From Octopus sinensis (Eukaryota), in the NCBI RefSeq assembly GCF_006345805.1, contig NC_042999.1, positions 310,001 through 374,000 of the forward strand: a stretch of DNA of 64,000 nt, read 5' to 3'. A program made the position numbers and the translations under genes. Shown here piece by piece: positions 24,700 through 36,830 of the stretch. The notes below the pieces were generated by a model, which was not told where the DNA came from, searched no databases, and saw nothing but the letters and a program-made list of their open reading frames with translations. Each line of letters opens with the position of its first letter. The first letter of the stretch is position 1.

Positions 24700-25330
24700 G
24701 ATTTTCTTTTTCCTCTACTTAACTTGTCTCTTCCTCTCTCTCTCATTCTTCACTCTCTCTCTCCCCCCAACCATTCTTCATGGTTTCCTCGCAGCCATTC
24801 CCCTTCTTCTCTCCCTTCCTCTTGCTCCTCCTCCCCCCTTCCCGTCGTCCACCCGTGACGATACTTCCGCTCTGACTGTCTTTCTGGCCTGGCCTTTCAA
24901 GTTAACTGGACGACATTCTTCCTGCTCACCTGTCGTTCACACAAAAAATTCTGCGTTTGCAATACTTTTTTCGTTCGGCGTCAACAGCCCTTCTTATCTT
25001 GTTTTTCCCTGTCCTGTCTTTTACTGTTTATATTTTTATACTGTCGTTACTGTCCTGTTTTTTTACCATTTTTTTACCATTTTTTACCCCTCTGTGAAAA
25101 GATCTCAGAATTTTAATTGATTTGCTTTTCGCAGGAAGGAAAGTTTCTTGTCGAAGATACGTCTCGCTTTTATCCTTCGAAACGTAGAGTAGATGAAACC
25201 ATAGCGACTGAAGAAGGGGTTTTTTCTTTGTGTTAATTGTCCTGTACTCCATTTTTTGTTGTTTTTTAAAAAATGTCCAGTTCCTTTGGTTTGTGTTTAT
25301 GTTTTCGTTTCTCTTTGTGTTCGACATCCC
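24700..25330 (+). mobile_element. Probable Penelope-like terminal repeat region
   Basis: Pyrimidine-rich segment, degenerate TGTCGAAG...CTTCGAAACGTAGAG motif, then GATGAAAC...ACTGA(A/T)GAAGGGG...TGTGTTA.TTGTCCTG shared with 61960-62090 (+) and 1410-1530 (-). Confidence 0.4.
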
Positions 25331-25426
25331 TTTGGTGTCCTGTACTCATATATGCGTGTATATGTACATGTAGAGGTAGGTACGTACATATATGTTTATA
25401 TATATGCATATGTTTTATTTCATTTA

Positions 25427-25464
<38 letters not shown>

Positions 25465-25468
<4 letters not shown>

Positions 25469-25597
25469 AGAGATGACCACTAAATGGACACCCATACGCC
25501 TGCTAAATTTTATTGAGAACATTCCTTTCTTAGTGGTCAAACCATATGGGGTCTACCTCTAGAATAATGCATGTCCACCTAGTGGTCATCCCCCTTA
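25465..25597. mobile_element. Small MITE, about 26-bp imperfect TIR, TA ends
   Basis: TAAGAGAGATGACCACTAAATGGACA versus the reverse complement TAAGGGGGATGACCACTAGGTGGACA. Confidence 0.7.
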
Positions 25598-25703
25598 TAT
25601 GTATGTAATATAATTTTTCTGAATCTTCAGATTTTTCTATATGCTAGACCACAGGTTTTAAATTGATATTAATGAAATTGATATTCAATTTTTCACCCTT
25701 ATG

Positions 25704-25763
<60 letters not shown>

Positions 25764-26059
25764 AACACACACGAGGGGTGTATGAAAACTCTTGAGTCTC
25801 AAAAAAGCAAAACATGGTACAAGACTTCTAATGAAAGCACAAGACTTCAAGGCTCAAGATTTCTCATACACTCCTCGTATAAATATATATACATACACAC
25901 ATACGCACACACATACGCACGCATACACACGCGCGCGCACACACACATGCACACGTATATATTTTATACTTGTATGTGTGTATACGTAAATATTTATACA
26001 TTATATGTTTGTGTTTATGTGTGTCTCTATGCTTACGTATACATCGTGCTTTTTATAGT

Positions 26060-26410
26060 TTATCTGTTATTGGTCTCAGTCCTTAGACTGCGGCCATGCT
26101 GGTGCACTGCCTTAAAAAATTTTAATCGAACGAATCGCCCCCAGTACTTATAATGTTAAAGTGTGCTACTTATTCTAACGGTCTGTTTTGCCGAACTGTT
26201 AAGTTATAGGGACATAAACATACCAAAACCTGTTGTTAGTTGGTGACGGTGGAGAAACACGGACACAAATACGCAAACACACACACACACACACACACAC
26301 ATGTACGACACTATTCTTTCAGATTCATTCACAACGCTTACCAAGTTCAGATTCATTCACGACTGCCTAACAAACTCATTCACAACGCTTTGGTCAGCTC
26401 GAGGATAGAG
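26060..26410 (-). mobile_element. Degenerate SINE family A
   Basis: GACTGCGGCCATGCTGG...CCCCAGTACTT...TTTTGCCGAAC...(CA)n...CACAACGCTTTGGTCAGCTCGAGG. Confidence 0.75.
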
Positions 26411-26704
26411 TTGAAAATACCTGCGCAAAGTGACGCGTCGTGTGATAGAAACATTATGAATATTTTAACTCTTATTTCTAGCAATACAGTTGCTTCGGCA
26501 TCCTTAGTCACACTTAGTGACGATTAAATTTTTCCTTTTTGGTTTCACATTGCGCCTGGTTGTTCACATTTATTTTTAGTATACGCATCAGCAACATCTG
26601 GGTTCTCATTCCTAAGGTATTTTTCGATGTTATTATTATTATTATTATTATTATTATATTAATAATAATAATAATAAAATAATAATGATAATAATAATAA
26701 TAAT

Positions 26705-27050
26705 GGGGGAGCATCATAGCCATGTGTTGAGAGGGATTCTTTGGGGTTTGAATAGTTCACCTCTGGAAACATTGGTGGTTCTTTCAACATCCTTAAACAA
26801 CTCTTATTCAGGGACCATTTGAGCGGGATGGGCTACTCAACCTGAAGAAAATTCTAACTGGGCCCCACCTGCAAGGTCATGCGCTGTTTATCTTGATATG
26901 AGATCACCATGTCGCGCACATATGGTTGTGATGCATGTGCCTGGTGTACCCTTATCAGACGGGTAGTCATGATGGGTATATTGGGCTTCGTATATTTTAC
27001 CCCAGTGTCACTTTGATGGCATGAACTGCTCTCTCACTCAATAATAATAA
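26705..27050 (+). mobile_element. 5'-truncated family D element inside (TAA)n
   Basis: TAA repeats on both sides; ends CTCTCTCACTCAATAATAA. Confidence 0.85.
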
Positions 27051-27124
27051 TAATAATAACTGATTGGAATCGAACACGGACAAATATCCGTCAAATGTAA
27101 ATAATGTAAATAATTATTCTTCGT

Positions 27125-27410
27125 AAGCCTAGTACTTATTCTATCGGTCACTTTTGCCGAACTGCCAAGTTACGGACACGTAAACACACCAACATCGGTT
27201 GTCAAGTGATGGTGTAGGGACAAACAGAGACACACACACGCATACATATACGATGGGCTTCGTTCAGTTTCCGCCTACCAAATCCACTCACAAGGCTTTG
27301 GTTGACCCGAGGATATAGTAGAAGATATTATTTCAAGATGCCACGCAGTGGGCCTGAACCCGGAAACATGTTGTTGGGAAGCAAGCTTCATAACCACCAA
27401 GCCCCACTTA
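27125..27410 (-). mobile_element. SINE family A (tail-truncated)
   Basis: AAGCCTAGTACTTATTCTATCGG...CAAATCCACTCACAAGGCTTTGG...CCACGCAGTGG.CTGAACCCGG. Confidence 0.85.
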
Positions 27411-27719
27411 AACCGTGATTAGATTTTTCTTGATGGTGTTCACGAATCGAAACTTTTTCAAGTGAATATCACTTTCCTTCAAAAGTTATTTTACAAAATG
27501 ACAGAAATATAAATTCAATTTGGAAAGAAGTATGGGGGCACATAGGCGCAAGAAATACTGTGTGGTTCAGAAGTTCGGTTTGTAATTGCCTAGTTACGCG
27601 TCCAGTCTTACTGTATAGATCTTAGAGTGCTTTCTGCAATAGTCTGGGCCCGACCAATGCTTTGGCACGGAATTTTGCAGACGAAAGACTTTCGCCATGA
27701 TAGATCGCTAGCCACTAAA

Positions 27720-27895
27720 ACTTTTTCTATTTTCTATTTTCTATTTTTCTCTCTCTGTTTATTTCTGTGTTCCTTTCTGTCGAAGAGCGTAGGCTCGAAA
27801 CATAAAAGACTTTCTCAATTCCCGAGCGTTAAACTAATACAGCTGTTTGTTGTTTACACACCCGTCTTCGTCTAATTTTTTTGTAAATTCCTACA
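27720..27895 (+). mobile_element. Short Penelope-like repeat carrying a minimal hammerhead-like motif, followed by (TA)n
   Basis: Homologous to 59365-59545; contains CTGTCGA A GAGC GTAG GCTC GAAAC. Confidence 0.55.
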
Positions 27896-28212
27896 CTATA
27901 TATATATATATATATATATCAGCGTGTGTATATTTGTGTTTGTGTTTGTGTTTGGCCCAACCATCGCCGCTTGGCAACAGGTATTGGTCTGTTTATATAA
28001 CGTAGAGTCATTATGAGCGTTTCTGCTGAAATGCAATCAATAAGAGGAGGTTTCCCATTTCTATGATTATATAAAGCGACTCTTCGTTGGATGTTGGTGG
28101 ATCATAACGAAAGAATATTATTGGAATTAGGCGAATGAATTCTAAGAAGCAATCAATGACGGATAAGTAAAGTAGCTTATAGAATATTCCTGCCACGAGG
28201 GAAGGGTTTATG

Positions 28213-28214
28213 TG

Positions 28215-28291
<77 letters not shown>

Positions 28292-28378
28292 TTATCTATC
28301 TATTTATCTATCTATTTATCTACCTAATTGCTCACCTAGCTACCTATCTACCTACCTACTTACCTACCTCTCTCACTT

Positions 28379-28400
<22 letters not shown>
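28213..28400. repeat. (TATC)n/(CT)n microsatellite
   Basis: Directly visible. Confidence 0.95.
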
Positions 28401-28409
<9 letters not shown>

Positions 28410-28747
28410 TCGCACATATGCCTAAAGGTATGCAGATATCTGTATATCTTAACATGCTTACATGTATAAACATATACGTCTATACATACACGCATATTTA
28501 TACATTGATAAGAATATTTATTGCTAACTACACTCTAACACACACACACACACAAATACACACGCATATTTACATATATTTACATATTCATGCCGGCATC
28601 CATATAGACACACGTATAGGTGTGTGGTTGTGTGAGTATATACAAACAAACAACTATATATATATATATAATATAATATAAATAATATTATTATATTTAT
28701 ATTATATATATCATTATATGATCGAACGTCATGCATCCTTTTCAAAG

Positions 28748-28823
<76 letters not shown>

Positions 28824-29335
28824 ATGTATGTATGTATATCTCAATTTATGTATACATACGCATATACATATGTATGCATGTATACTTATTTGTGTGAAGT
28901 TGTTTATTAATCTAATATATAAAGAGTTATATTATATATGCATGTACACATACATACGTTTTATATATATATATATATATACACATATGTAAATATATGT
29001 ATATATACATATATTTATACGAGCAATCTATACAATAGATCAAAGTAGAAAGCTAATTATAAAGCTTAAGGAAAGGAAAAATATCAGTTAAAACGTTATC
29101 ATATAACTTAACCGTTCTCGAGAGCGTGACATATCTGGGAATTAGATGTGGAAAATTTTCTTTTCAAAGGTAAGAGTCGAAACGACTGAATGAATATGAC
29201 AGCGGAATAGAAGGGCCATGGTTCATAATTTCATCATATTAACTGTGCAACCCCGCTACACACACATACACACATGCACCCGCAAACGCATACACTTACA
29301 CATATACGCATAAACACACGCATACACACACTCAG

Positions 29336-29367
<32 letters not shown>

Positions 29368-29376
29368 TCATTTATT

Positions 29377-29686
29377 TATTTATTACTGGTGAAGGCCGAT
29401 TTATAGTATTACCCTGAGTTTCTCGTTATAAAGGGTACAGACCCTAAGATCTGTTATCCTATGGCCTCTTTAACATAGGGAGGTAGAATGATACAGATAT
29501 ATACAATGTATCGTTTCCCTCGTTGTTTATAATCCCCATTGTTTATATCAGTATCGTTTTCCCTTCCCTATTCTAAAGAGGCCATGGACCAACAGATCTT
29601 TGGGTCTGAAGATAGGCCCTAAAGGTATCCTTTATGACGAGAAACCCTGGGTAACCTTATAAACCGGCCTTCACCAGTAATAAATA
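29377..29686. mobile_element. Fold-back MITE (TA-flanked, Tc1/mariner-type TSD)
   Basis: TA-CTGGTGAAGGCCG...CGGCCTTCACCAG-TA; imperfect inverted arms extend about 110 bp. Confidence 0.85.
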
Positions 29687-30165
29687 TAGACTGCTCTACT
29701 CTTCAGAGTGTGCTTCTTCTCCGAATTTATGTTTTTCCAAAAAAACAAAACGATATGTAAAAAAAGGTTTAAGGACGGCATAATGAATACTATGAAGTCA
29801 CTTGCTTCTGATCGATTTGGATGGGGAACAAGGGTGTGGAGTGGAGTAAAAGCACTTGAAGAGGCCAGGGTAACGCAAGTAAGACTCAAAAGAGTTTTAA
29901 GGAAGAATGTAACGATCGAGATGAAAGACAGTGACCTTTTTGTGTGCACTGGGGCCAATTCATTCGACTAAAATTCTTCAAGGTGATGCCCCAGCATGGC
30001 CTCAGTCAACTGAAACAATTAAAAGAATACAAGACCATAAAATACGTAAGAAATATGGAATTAGTCGAAACGACCACTGTCGTTTATTATCACAAAAATT
30101 ATATTACAAAATTATTGGCATTTCATTGGTTGCATTTATTCTCCTGTTTATGAAAAAAGGGCGCA

Positions 30166-30460
30166 GGTGCGTGGCCTGGTGGTTAGATGCGTTGGACGCA
30201 CGATCGCAAGATTTTGGTTTCGATCCCCAGACCGGCTACGCGTTGTGTTCTTGAACAAAAACACAACCTTTCATGTTGCTCCAGTCCACTCAGCTTTAAA
30301 TGGGTACGCCCTGCGATTGAGTAGCATTCCGATGTGGTGGTGGTGCTGGAGAATGTTGGCCTACTCGCCTAGCGTTCGGAGTGGCTAGGCTTACTCGCCT
30401 AGCGTTCGAAAATACGATGTAAAGTGCATTGTGACCAGCGATGTATAACAGTATCTGATA
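30166..30460 (+). mobile_element. SINE family C variant
   Basis: GGTGCGTGGCCTGGTGGTTAGA...GTTTCGATCCC...GTGTTCTTGAACAAAAACAC...ATGTTGCTCCAGTCCACTCAGC. Confidence 0.75.
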
Positions 30461-30600
30461 GGCAACTTACTGCAATATTTGTCATGAGATAACATGTTTA
30501 AAACCACAATAAATATCACCAAGTATGCAAGTCTTATCACAAGACAAATTCTGCCGTAACTGACCTATCGACAGTGTGTATACATTTAAGTATGACACAT

Positions 30601-31165
30601 AAGGCGGCGAGCTGGCAGGATCGTTAGTACGCTGGACCAAATGCTTAGCGGTATTTCGCCCCTAACTACGTTCTGAGTTCAAATTCCGCCGAGGTCGACT
30701 TTACCTTTCATCCTTACGGGGTCGGTAAATTAAGTACCAGTTACGCACTGGGGTCGATATAATCGTTTGTCTGTCCTTGTTTGTCCTCTCTGTGTTTAGC
30801 CCCTTGTGGGTAGTGAAGAAATAGGTATTTCGTCTGCTGTTACGTTCTGAGTTCAAATTCCGCCGAGGTCAACTTTGGCTTTCATCCTTTTGGGGTCGAT
30901 TATATAAGTACCAGTTTCGCACTGGGGTCGATATAATCGACTTAATCCGTTTGTCTGTCCTTGTTTGTCCTCTCTCTGTTTAGCCCCTTGTGGGTAGTAA
31001 AGAAATAGGTATTTCGTCTGAGTTACGTACTAGGTTCAAGTTCCGCCGAGGTCAACTTTGTCTTTCATCCTTTCGGGGTCGATTAAATGAATACCAGTTA
31101 CGCACTGCGGTCGATGAAATCGACTATCCCCCTCCCCCAAATTTCAAGCCTTGTGTCTATAGTAG
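30601..31165 (+). mobile_element. SINE family B tandem array (1 head, 3 bodies, terminal tail B)
   Basis: Head AAGGCGGCGAGCTGGCAGG; two AAGAAATAG|GTATTTCGTCTG junctions; final CGACTATCCCCCTCCCCCAAATTTCAAGCCTTGTG tail. Confidence 0.92.
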
Positions 31166-31294
31166 AAAAAATTAAGTATGACACATATATGACTATTTTA
31201 ATTAATGACTATATTGCGTATACCGGATATTGCGTATAAGCGGGTGGACATTTGCCACATCAATGAAAGATTTATTCACTTTTCCTTTTACCAG

Positions 31295-31328
31295 AGACGA
31301 CGATTTCTCATCTGAGGGTGTGATGGTT
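31295..31328 (+). CDS. Candidate 34-nt exon (phase 2 to 0)
   Basis: Strong acceptor CACTTTTCCTTTTACCAG| and donor |GTGAGT; the only open frame is (x)DDDFSSEGVMV. Confidence 0.25.
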
Positions 31329-31514
31329 GTGAGTGCACGCCATTGAGAAGATCCAGAAAGGCCAAAATGCACCTGACGCTTTTGCTGGCCGCTGCTTAGA
31401 CGAACGTTCGCCTCTCTTATATTTATTTATTATGTTTTTGACGTTAAATGTACAAGAGATCTTAGATCAGTACAAATAGTGAAGTAAAAGGGTTATTGTC
31501 TGTGTATATACGCC

Positions 31515-31741
31515 CTTACTCTCTTTTACTCTTCTACTTGTTTCAGTCATTTGATTGTGGCCATGCTGGAGCACCACCTTTTAGTCGAGCAAATCGACGC
31601 CAGGACTTATTCTTTGTAAACCTAGTACTTATTCTATCGGTCTCTTTTGCCGAACCGCTAAGTTACGGGGACGTAAACACACCAGCATCGGTTCTCAAGC
31701 GATACAGGAGGTACAAACACAGACACACAAACATATACACA

Positions 31742-31793
<52 letters not shown>

Positions 31794-31970
31794 AATATAT
31801 ATACGACGGGCTTCTTTTAGTTTCCGTCTACCAAATCCTCTCACAGTGATTTGGGTCGGCCCGAGGCTATAGTAGAAGAGACTTGCCCAAGGTGCCAAGC
31901 AGTGGGACTGAACCTAGAACCATGTGATTTGTAAGCAAGCTACTTACCACACAGCCACTCCTACGCCTAT
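31515..31970 (-). mobile_element. SINE family A, full length
   Basis: Collinear with 2143-2561, including the internal (TA)n. Confidence 0.9.
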
Positions 31971-33278
31971 GTATAATTCTTATATAAGTATTGGAAGTTA
32001 ACTTAATTGTGTGATATGCACTGAAAATGTAACCCCAGTCTGAGGTTTTATGTGTAATACTCAGTTTTGTATGTGATAAACTATACACGGGAAATTTTAA
32101 GTCAGACAAAAGAAAAAAAATCCCAAGGCGGAAGAAAATCAATAAATTTGAGGCAAAAAGTTTAACTGTTGCTAATAGAAGGAGAGGAACAATATCTTGG
32201 CAATGAATTTTAACATATGGACAATATCTCAGAAAAATGAAGAAATATATCAGAAACAATCAGAAGTAAAGCTAAAAATAGTAAATGATAACAGAGATAC
32301 TGGTGAGTCAATTATGGTAAGGAGAGAATAGGCGATGTAAGAAAATGGAATTAAAGTGACGAACGATAAACATGTTAAGACAATACATACAGGATGGGTG
32401 AAGATTTTCTTTCGGGTAGGGTGGGCTATTAAACTTTTAGTCATTGTATAAGAGACAAATTGTACACATACGCACTCACGCATCACACACAAACATATAG
32501 AGATGCACATGAGTAAGCATGCATGCATGAGTATGCATTTCTTTCTCTGTTCTTCTGTCTATATGTTGTTTGTATATCAATCTGTACATCATACGTTGAG
32601 CAGATACATAGCTGGAAACTACATAATCTGCGGTATTAGCTTCGAGGTGGCATCTGTTATACACCTATAGTGTTAAAAACACAGAGGTATATCAGAAGTA
32701 AACGAAAATAGCGCAGCTGTGCTGGTGGCATTACTAAATGCGCATTTCTCTCTCTTTGCGCTTCGTCAGCAATCAGTATCCACTGATAACGGCATGCTAT
32801 GATAAAATCAGCAACTGTTATTATAGAGAAACAAACATTGAAAATCAGTTGCCGCAATTAGCCAGCAGTTAATCTAAAATTCAGTATTAGCGACTGAAGC
32901 AGTATTGGTTCAAAAGAGACAACTGCATACCAAACTTAAAGCATATATATCATTGAAAGCCATAAACTGTGGTATTCTTCCAGACATAACATCTTTCATA
33001 GACGTATAACTGCTGCTGGGCGAATTTTGCATGCTACTCATGTATTTCTGTTTTCATACTGTACATCCATATAAGATGCTATCCTGAGACGAACACAGTA
33101 GTTTATTAGGATTTCAACAATATTTCTGCTTTGAGTATGATACACTGATTCTTAATTTAAACTAATAATAATTTTGTCTCTCATAACGAATTTTTAATTC
33201 AGCCTGCCGTTGTACAGCGATATCAGTGGTCTTTCAGTGACATTTTTTCTATATCGTTAATGACCGATTTTGTTTTAG

Positions 33279-33379
33279 CATGGCTGTTAGTCGATACTGG
33301 CTAGTGAAAAGGCCAAAGAAGTCGAAATACTTTGATTGCAATGCCACTCCCGCTGCTGGACAATTCTTACCAGCTACTG
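33279..33379 (+). CDS. Candidate exon with ATG (ends phase 1), unknown protein
   Basis: GATTTTGTTTTAG|C ATG...; frame MAVSRYWLVKRPKKSKYFDCNATPAAGQFLPAT; donor CTG|GTATAT. Confidence 0.3.
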
Positions 33380-33557
33380 GTATATTTCTGTGCTTCGCCG
33401 AAGCAAATACTACACTTTAACAGGTAGCCAATGAGGTATCTGCTTTAAATATGTTATGCAGATAGCTCTTTTGAAGTAACGTTGCTTCTGTCGCTCAAAA
33501 CCAACACACAAACACATTTTTCAAATGTATACTTATGTATATGTGTGTATACGCATG

Positions 33558-33593
<36 letters not shown>

Positions 33594-33623
33594 ATATATG
33601 CAACTTATGAATGAGAGCATCTA

Positions 33624-33716
33624 TTTCTTAACGTATTTACCGCTGATGATGAGAAAATTCTTTATGAATTAACTCAGAAATCGGACCGATTCGGTAATAA
33701 CAGAACTCTTAAGAAA
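33624..33716 (+). ncRNA. Type I hammerhead ribozyme
   Basis: TTACCG-CTGATGA-TGAG[AA AATTC TTTAT GAATT AA]CTCA-GAA-ATCG[GAC]CGAT-T-CGGTAA: helix I 6 bp, helix II 4+5 bp, helix III 4 bp, complete core, AUU cleavage triplet. Distal helix I extension TTTCTTAA/TTAAGAAA. Confidence 0.7.
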
Positions 33717-34002
33717 GCTTTTGTCAGATTGCTTCAAGACGCGTGCATTTGGTGATGAATTATATGTGATTATTGACGATTTAAAGTCTATTTCTCGGCA
33801 TATTTGGCATAGGAATTTTTTCTTTTGCCCTTATTTATAAGCTGTTTATGATTTTCACCTTAAAATGTATTTTTTAATATGCTGGCCACTGATAAATTGT
33901 TTTGAAAACTTTTTTCTATATTACATATATATATACATATATGTATATATAGACACACACACATACACACATATATATTATTTACGCACATATGTATGAA
34001 TG

Positions 34003-34393
34003 TTCCTATGGAACAGCCATGTTGATGTGGCGACAAGCATTATCTGCCAGTACAGTTACTGCTTTCATCTCTTATAGAGATTATATAACTAGCCGCTTTG
34101 CTTAGTGCAAGATCAGCAACCAAATGTCACTTCAACATCTACATATTGTAAACATGAGCGAAATACAGCCATCTGTAGCAGATTAGGTGTCCAGCGCTGT
34201 GGAAGGGCAGAAATATCCCGAAACCAGGCTGGTCTGCTGGTCCTGTCGCTACAAGGTGATCGGAGTTCGCTCCCCTGCTTATAATATATATCGGATGCAG
34301 GTTGCATCGTTAACCAGCTAGAGGAAATGTCCTCTTGGGGTTAGTAACGTCTATTCTTACGGAACAGCCACGTTGAAGTGGCGACAAACATTA
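34003..34393. repeat. About 390-bp segment bounded by 40-bp direct repeats
   Basis: 34003-34042 versus 34354-34393, 35/40 identical, offset 351 nt. Confidence 0.7.
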
Positions 34394-34669
34394 CTATACA
34401 TATATATAATGTATAAATGGAACAAAAACATTCGGACAGATAGATTATATGAGGCAGACAAGAGAAACAACAATTAGAAGGAGAGGCAAAAAAGACGGGT
34501 CATTCGTGGCCTTCTTTCCTCAGCCAAGTCACAGAAGTCACGATCATTTCAGTCAGTTACACTTGAGACGGTTCGATCTGGTTGTCCCCCAAAAAGCTAA
34601 AAGCATTAGACCCCTTTATAAGAAAGCTAGCGTACGGCAACTAAGACAAAAAACAGAGAACATGGCGTG

Positions 34670-34900
34670 CGTGCGTATGTATGTATGTATGTATGTATGT
34701 ATGTATGTATGTATGTATGTATGTACGTATGTATGTATGTATGTATGTATGTGTGCGTGCGTGCGTGTGTGTTTATGTATGTATGTATGTATGTACGTGT
34801 GTGTGTGTGTATGCATGTATGTATGTATGTATGTATGTATGTATGTATGTATGTATGTATGTATGTATGTATGTATGTATGTGTGTAGGTAGGTAGGTAT
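34670..34900. repeat. (TATG)n/(TG)n microsatellite
   Basis: Directly visible. Confidence 0.95.
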
Positions 34901-35739
34901 GTATAGAAAGAAAGTGAGACAGAGAAACTATACATGAGTAAAATTCAGGGTATACTACAAAAAAGGGACTGGTGAATGTGTAAAGAAATGCTTTATGGAA
35001 CTGAAAATAAGTTCGTTGGAAATTGACGAATTTTAGGCTTCAGAAATAAGGAGCAGTTTAAGGGAGAAATCGGTAGAACATCGAGAAAATACTTTGTAAC
35101 ACATGTACCAGCTTTATTCTATGTTCAAAGCTCGTTGCACACAACATTATCTTCTTTCCTACGTCGATAATTAAAATTACAGAAGTTTATATAATGCAAA
35201 CTCGAGCAGTCTTAAAATGTACCTTAGCCATTGTATCTACTACGCTCGAAGCGTTTGTAAATTTAGTAAATTTCGAGTGCTTTCGTATTTTTTAATATCA
35301 GTGTATTATATGATGTATAAACCGGCTCTAGTTACACCGAAAGTATAAGCAATTTGTTTTCAGAGCTTGTCAATTTTATATAACAATTTCGTTGTAAAAT
35401 ATTCATTCTCCTCGTCTGATTCCACCCACATCTGACAGCATTCGAAAGTAAAGCACCTGCTTGTCTAAGCAGCAGGGAAGAAAATCGATTTTTCTAATAA
35501 TCAAGGGGGAAAAAAACAGAACATAAAACACAGAACTATGAGACATTTTGTTGGTTGAAAAGACAAGATTTTTTGAGTGATTCTACATTTTTGGAAAAGA
35601 ATCATTTATTTTCGTTAATCTAGTTTCGATCTAATGGTTCCACATCTCTTTCGAATGGCACTCATATTAGATTGTTTCTTTTCGCTTCGTTCTGTGAGTT
35701 AAAACTACGTTTTAAGTTTTCAAAAGGACAATATAAATA

Positions 35740-35877
35740 TAAATACATACATACGTACAACAATATATACATGCATGCATGCAAACATTCACATACACGT
35801 GTATATACATACATACATAAATACATACATACATACATACATACATACATACATACATACATAAATACATACATACA

Positions 35878-35911
<34 letters not shown>

Positions 35912-36160
35912 CATACATACTTACAAACATACATGCATACATATACATACACGTGTATATACATACATACATACATACATACGTACATACATACATACAT
36001 ACATACATACTTACAAACATACATGCATACATACACATACATGTGTATATACATACATACATAAATATATACGTACGTACAGGTATATATTCACACACAT
36101 AAACACAAACACACACACACACATGCACATACATATAGAAATATATATACTCATAGAAAC
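35740..36160. repeat. (TACA)n microsatellite with internal higher-order duplication
   Basis: Directly visible; TTACAAACATACATGCATACATA occurs twice. Confidence 0.9.
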
Positions 36161-36179
36161 ATGCATACACATTATCTTT

Positions 36180-36329
36180 TAACTTTCTCAGTCATTAAAC
36201 TGCGGCCATGCTGGGGCACCTCCTTGAAAAACTTTATTGTAGAATGTATCGACCCCAGTACTTATTTTTTATAGCCTCGTACTTATTCTATCGGTTTCTT
36301 TTGCTAAAACGCTATGTTACCTAGGATAT

Positions 36330-36364
<35 letters not shown>

Positions 36365-36476
36365 GAGACATACATACATATATGTATATGTATACATATA
36401 TGTGTATATATATATTATATGTTCGTGTATATGTACATATATTTCTACGTATATATATATATATATATATATACAT

Positions 36477-36527
<51 letters not shown>

Positions 36528-36616
36528 CATACATATATATATACATATACATACACACACACACACACACTCACACACACACACACCACACACACACCAC
36601 ACACACACACACACAC

Positions 36617-36647
<31 letters not shown>

Positions 36648-36700
36648 TATATATATATATATATATATACATATTTATATACACGCACACACTTGTGTGT
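36180..36700 (-). mobile_element. SINE family A 3' half with an expanded internal (CA)/(TA) tract
   Basis: CAGTCATTAAACTGCGGCCATGCTGGGGCACC...GACCCCAGTACTT...TTCTATCGG followed by about 370 bp of microsatellite. Confidence 0.75.
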
Positions 36701-36729
36701 GTACGTATTTATACAAGTTACACAAAAAT

Positions 36730-36830
36730 TGGCTTGGGGCATGTATTTGAATGGCAAAGATGACGAACGAATTTATATTAAGTACCAGACAGGAGGAAGT
36801 TTAGATTTATTAAAACCATCTGCAATTCCA
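36730..36830 (+). pseudogene. Decayed RTE-like reverse transcriptase fragment
   Basis: GIYIKYQTGGSLDLL resembles the RTE motif G(I/V)YIRYRTDGxLF. Confidence 0.4.

Noticed and set aside
32735-32770. Minus-strand CTGACGA followed by a GCGC/GCGC stem
   Set aside because: No GAAA after the stem and no cleavage triplet.
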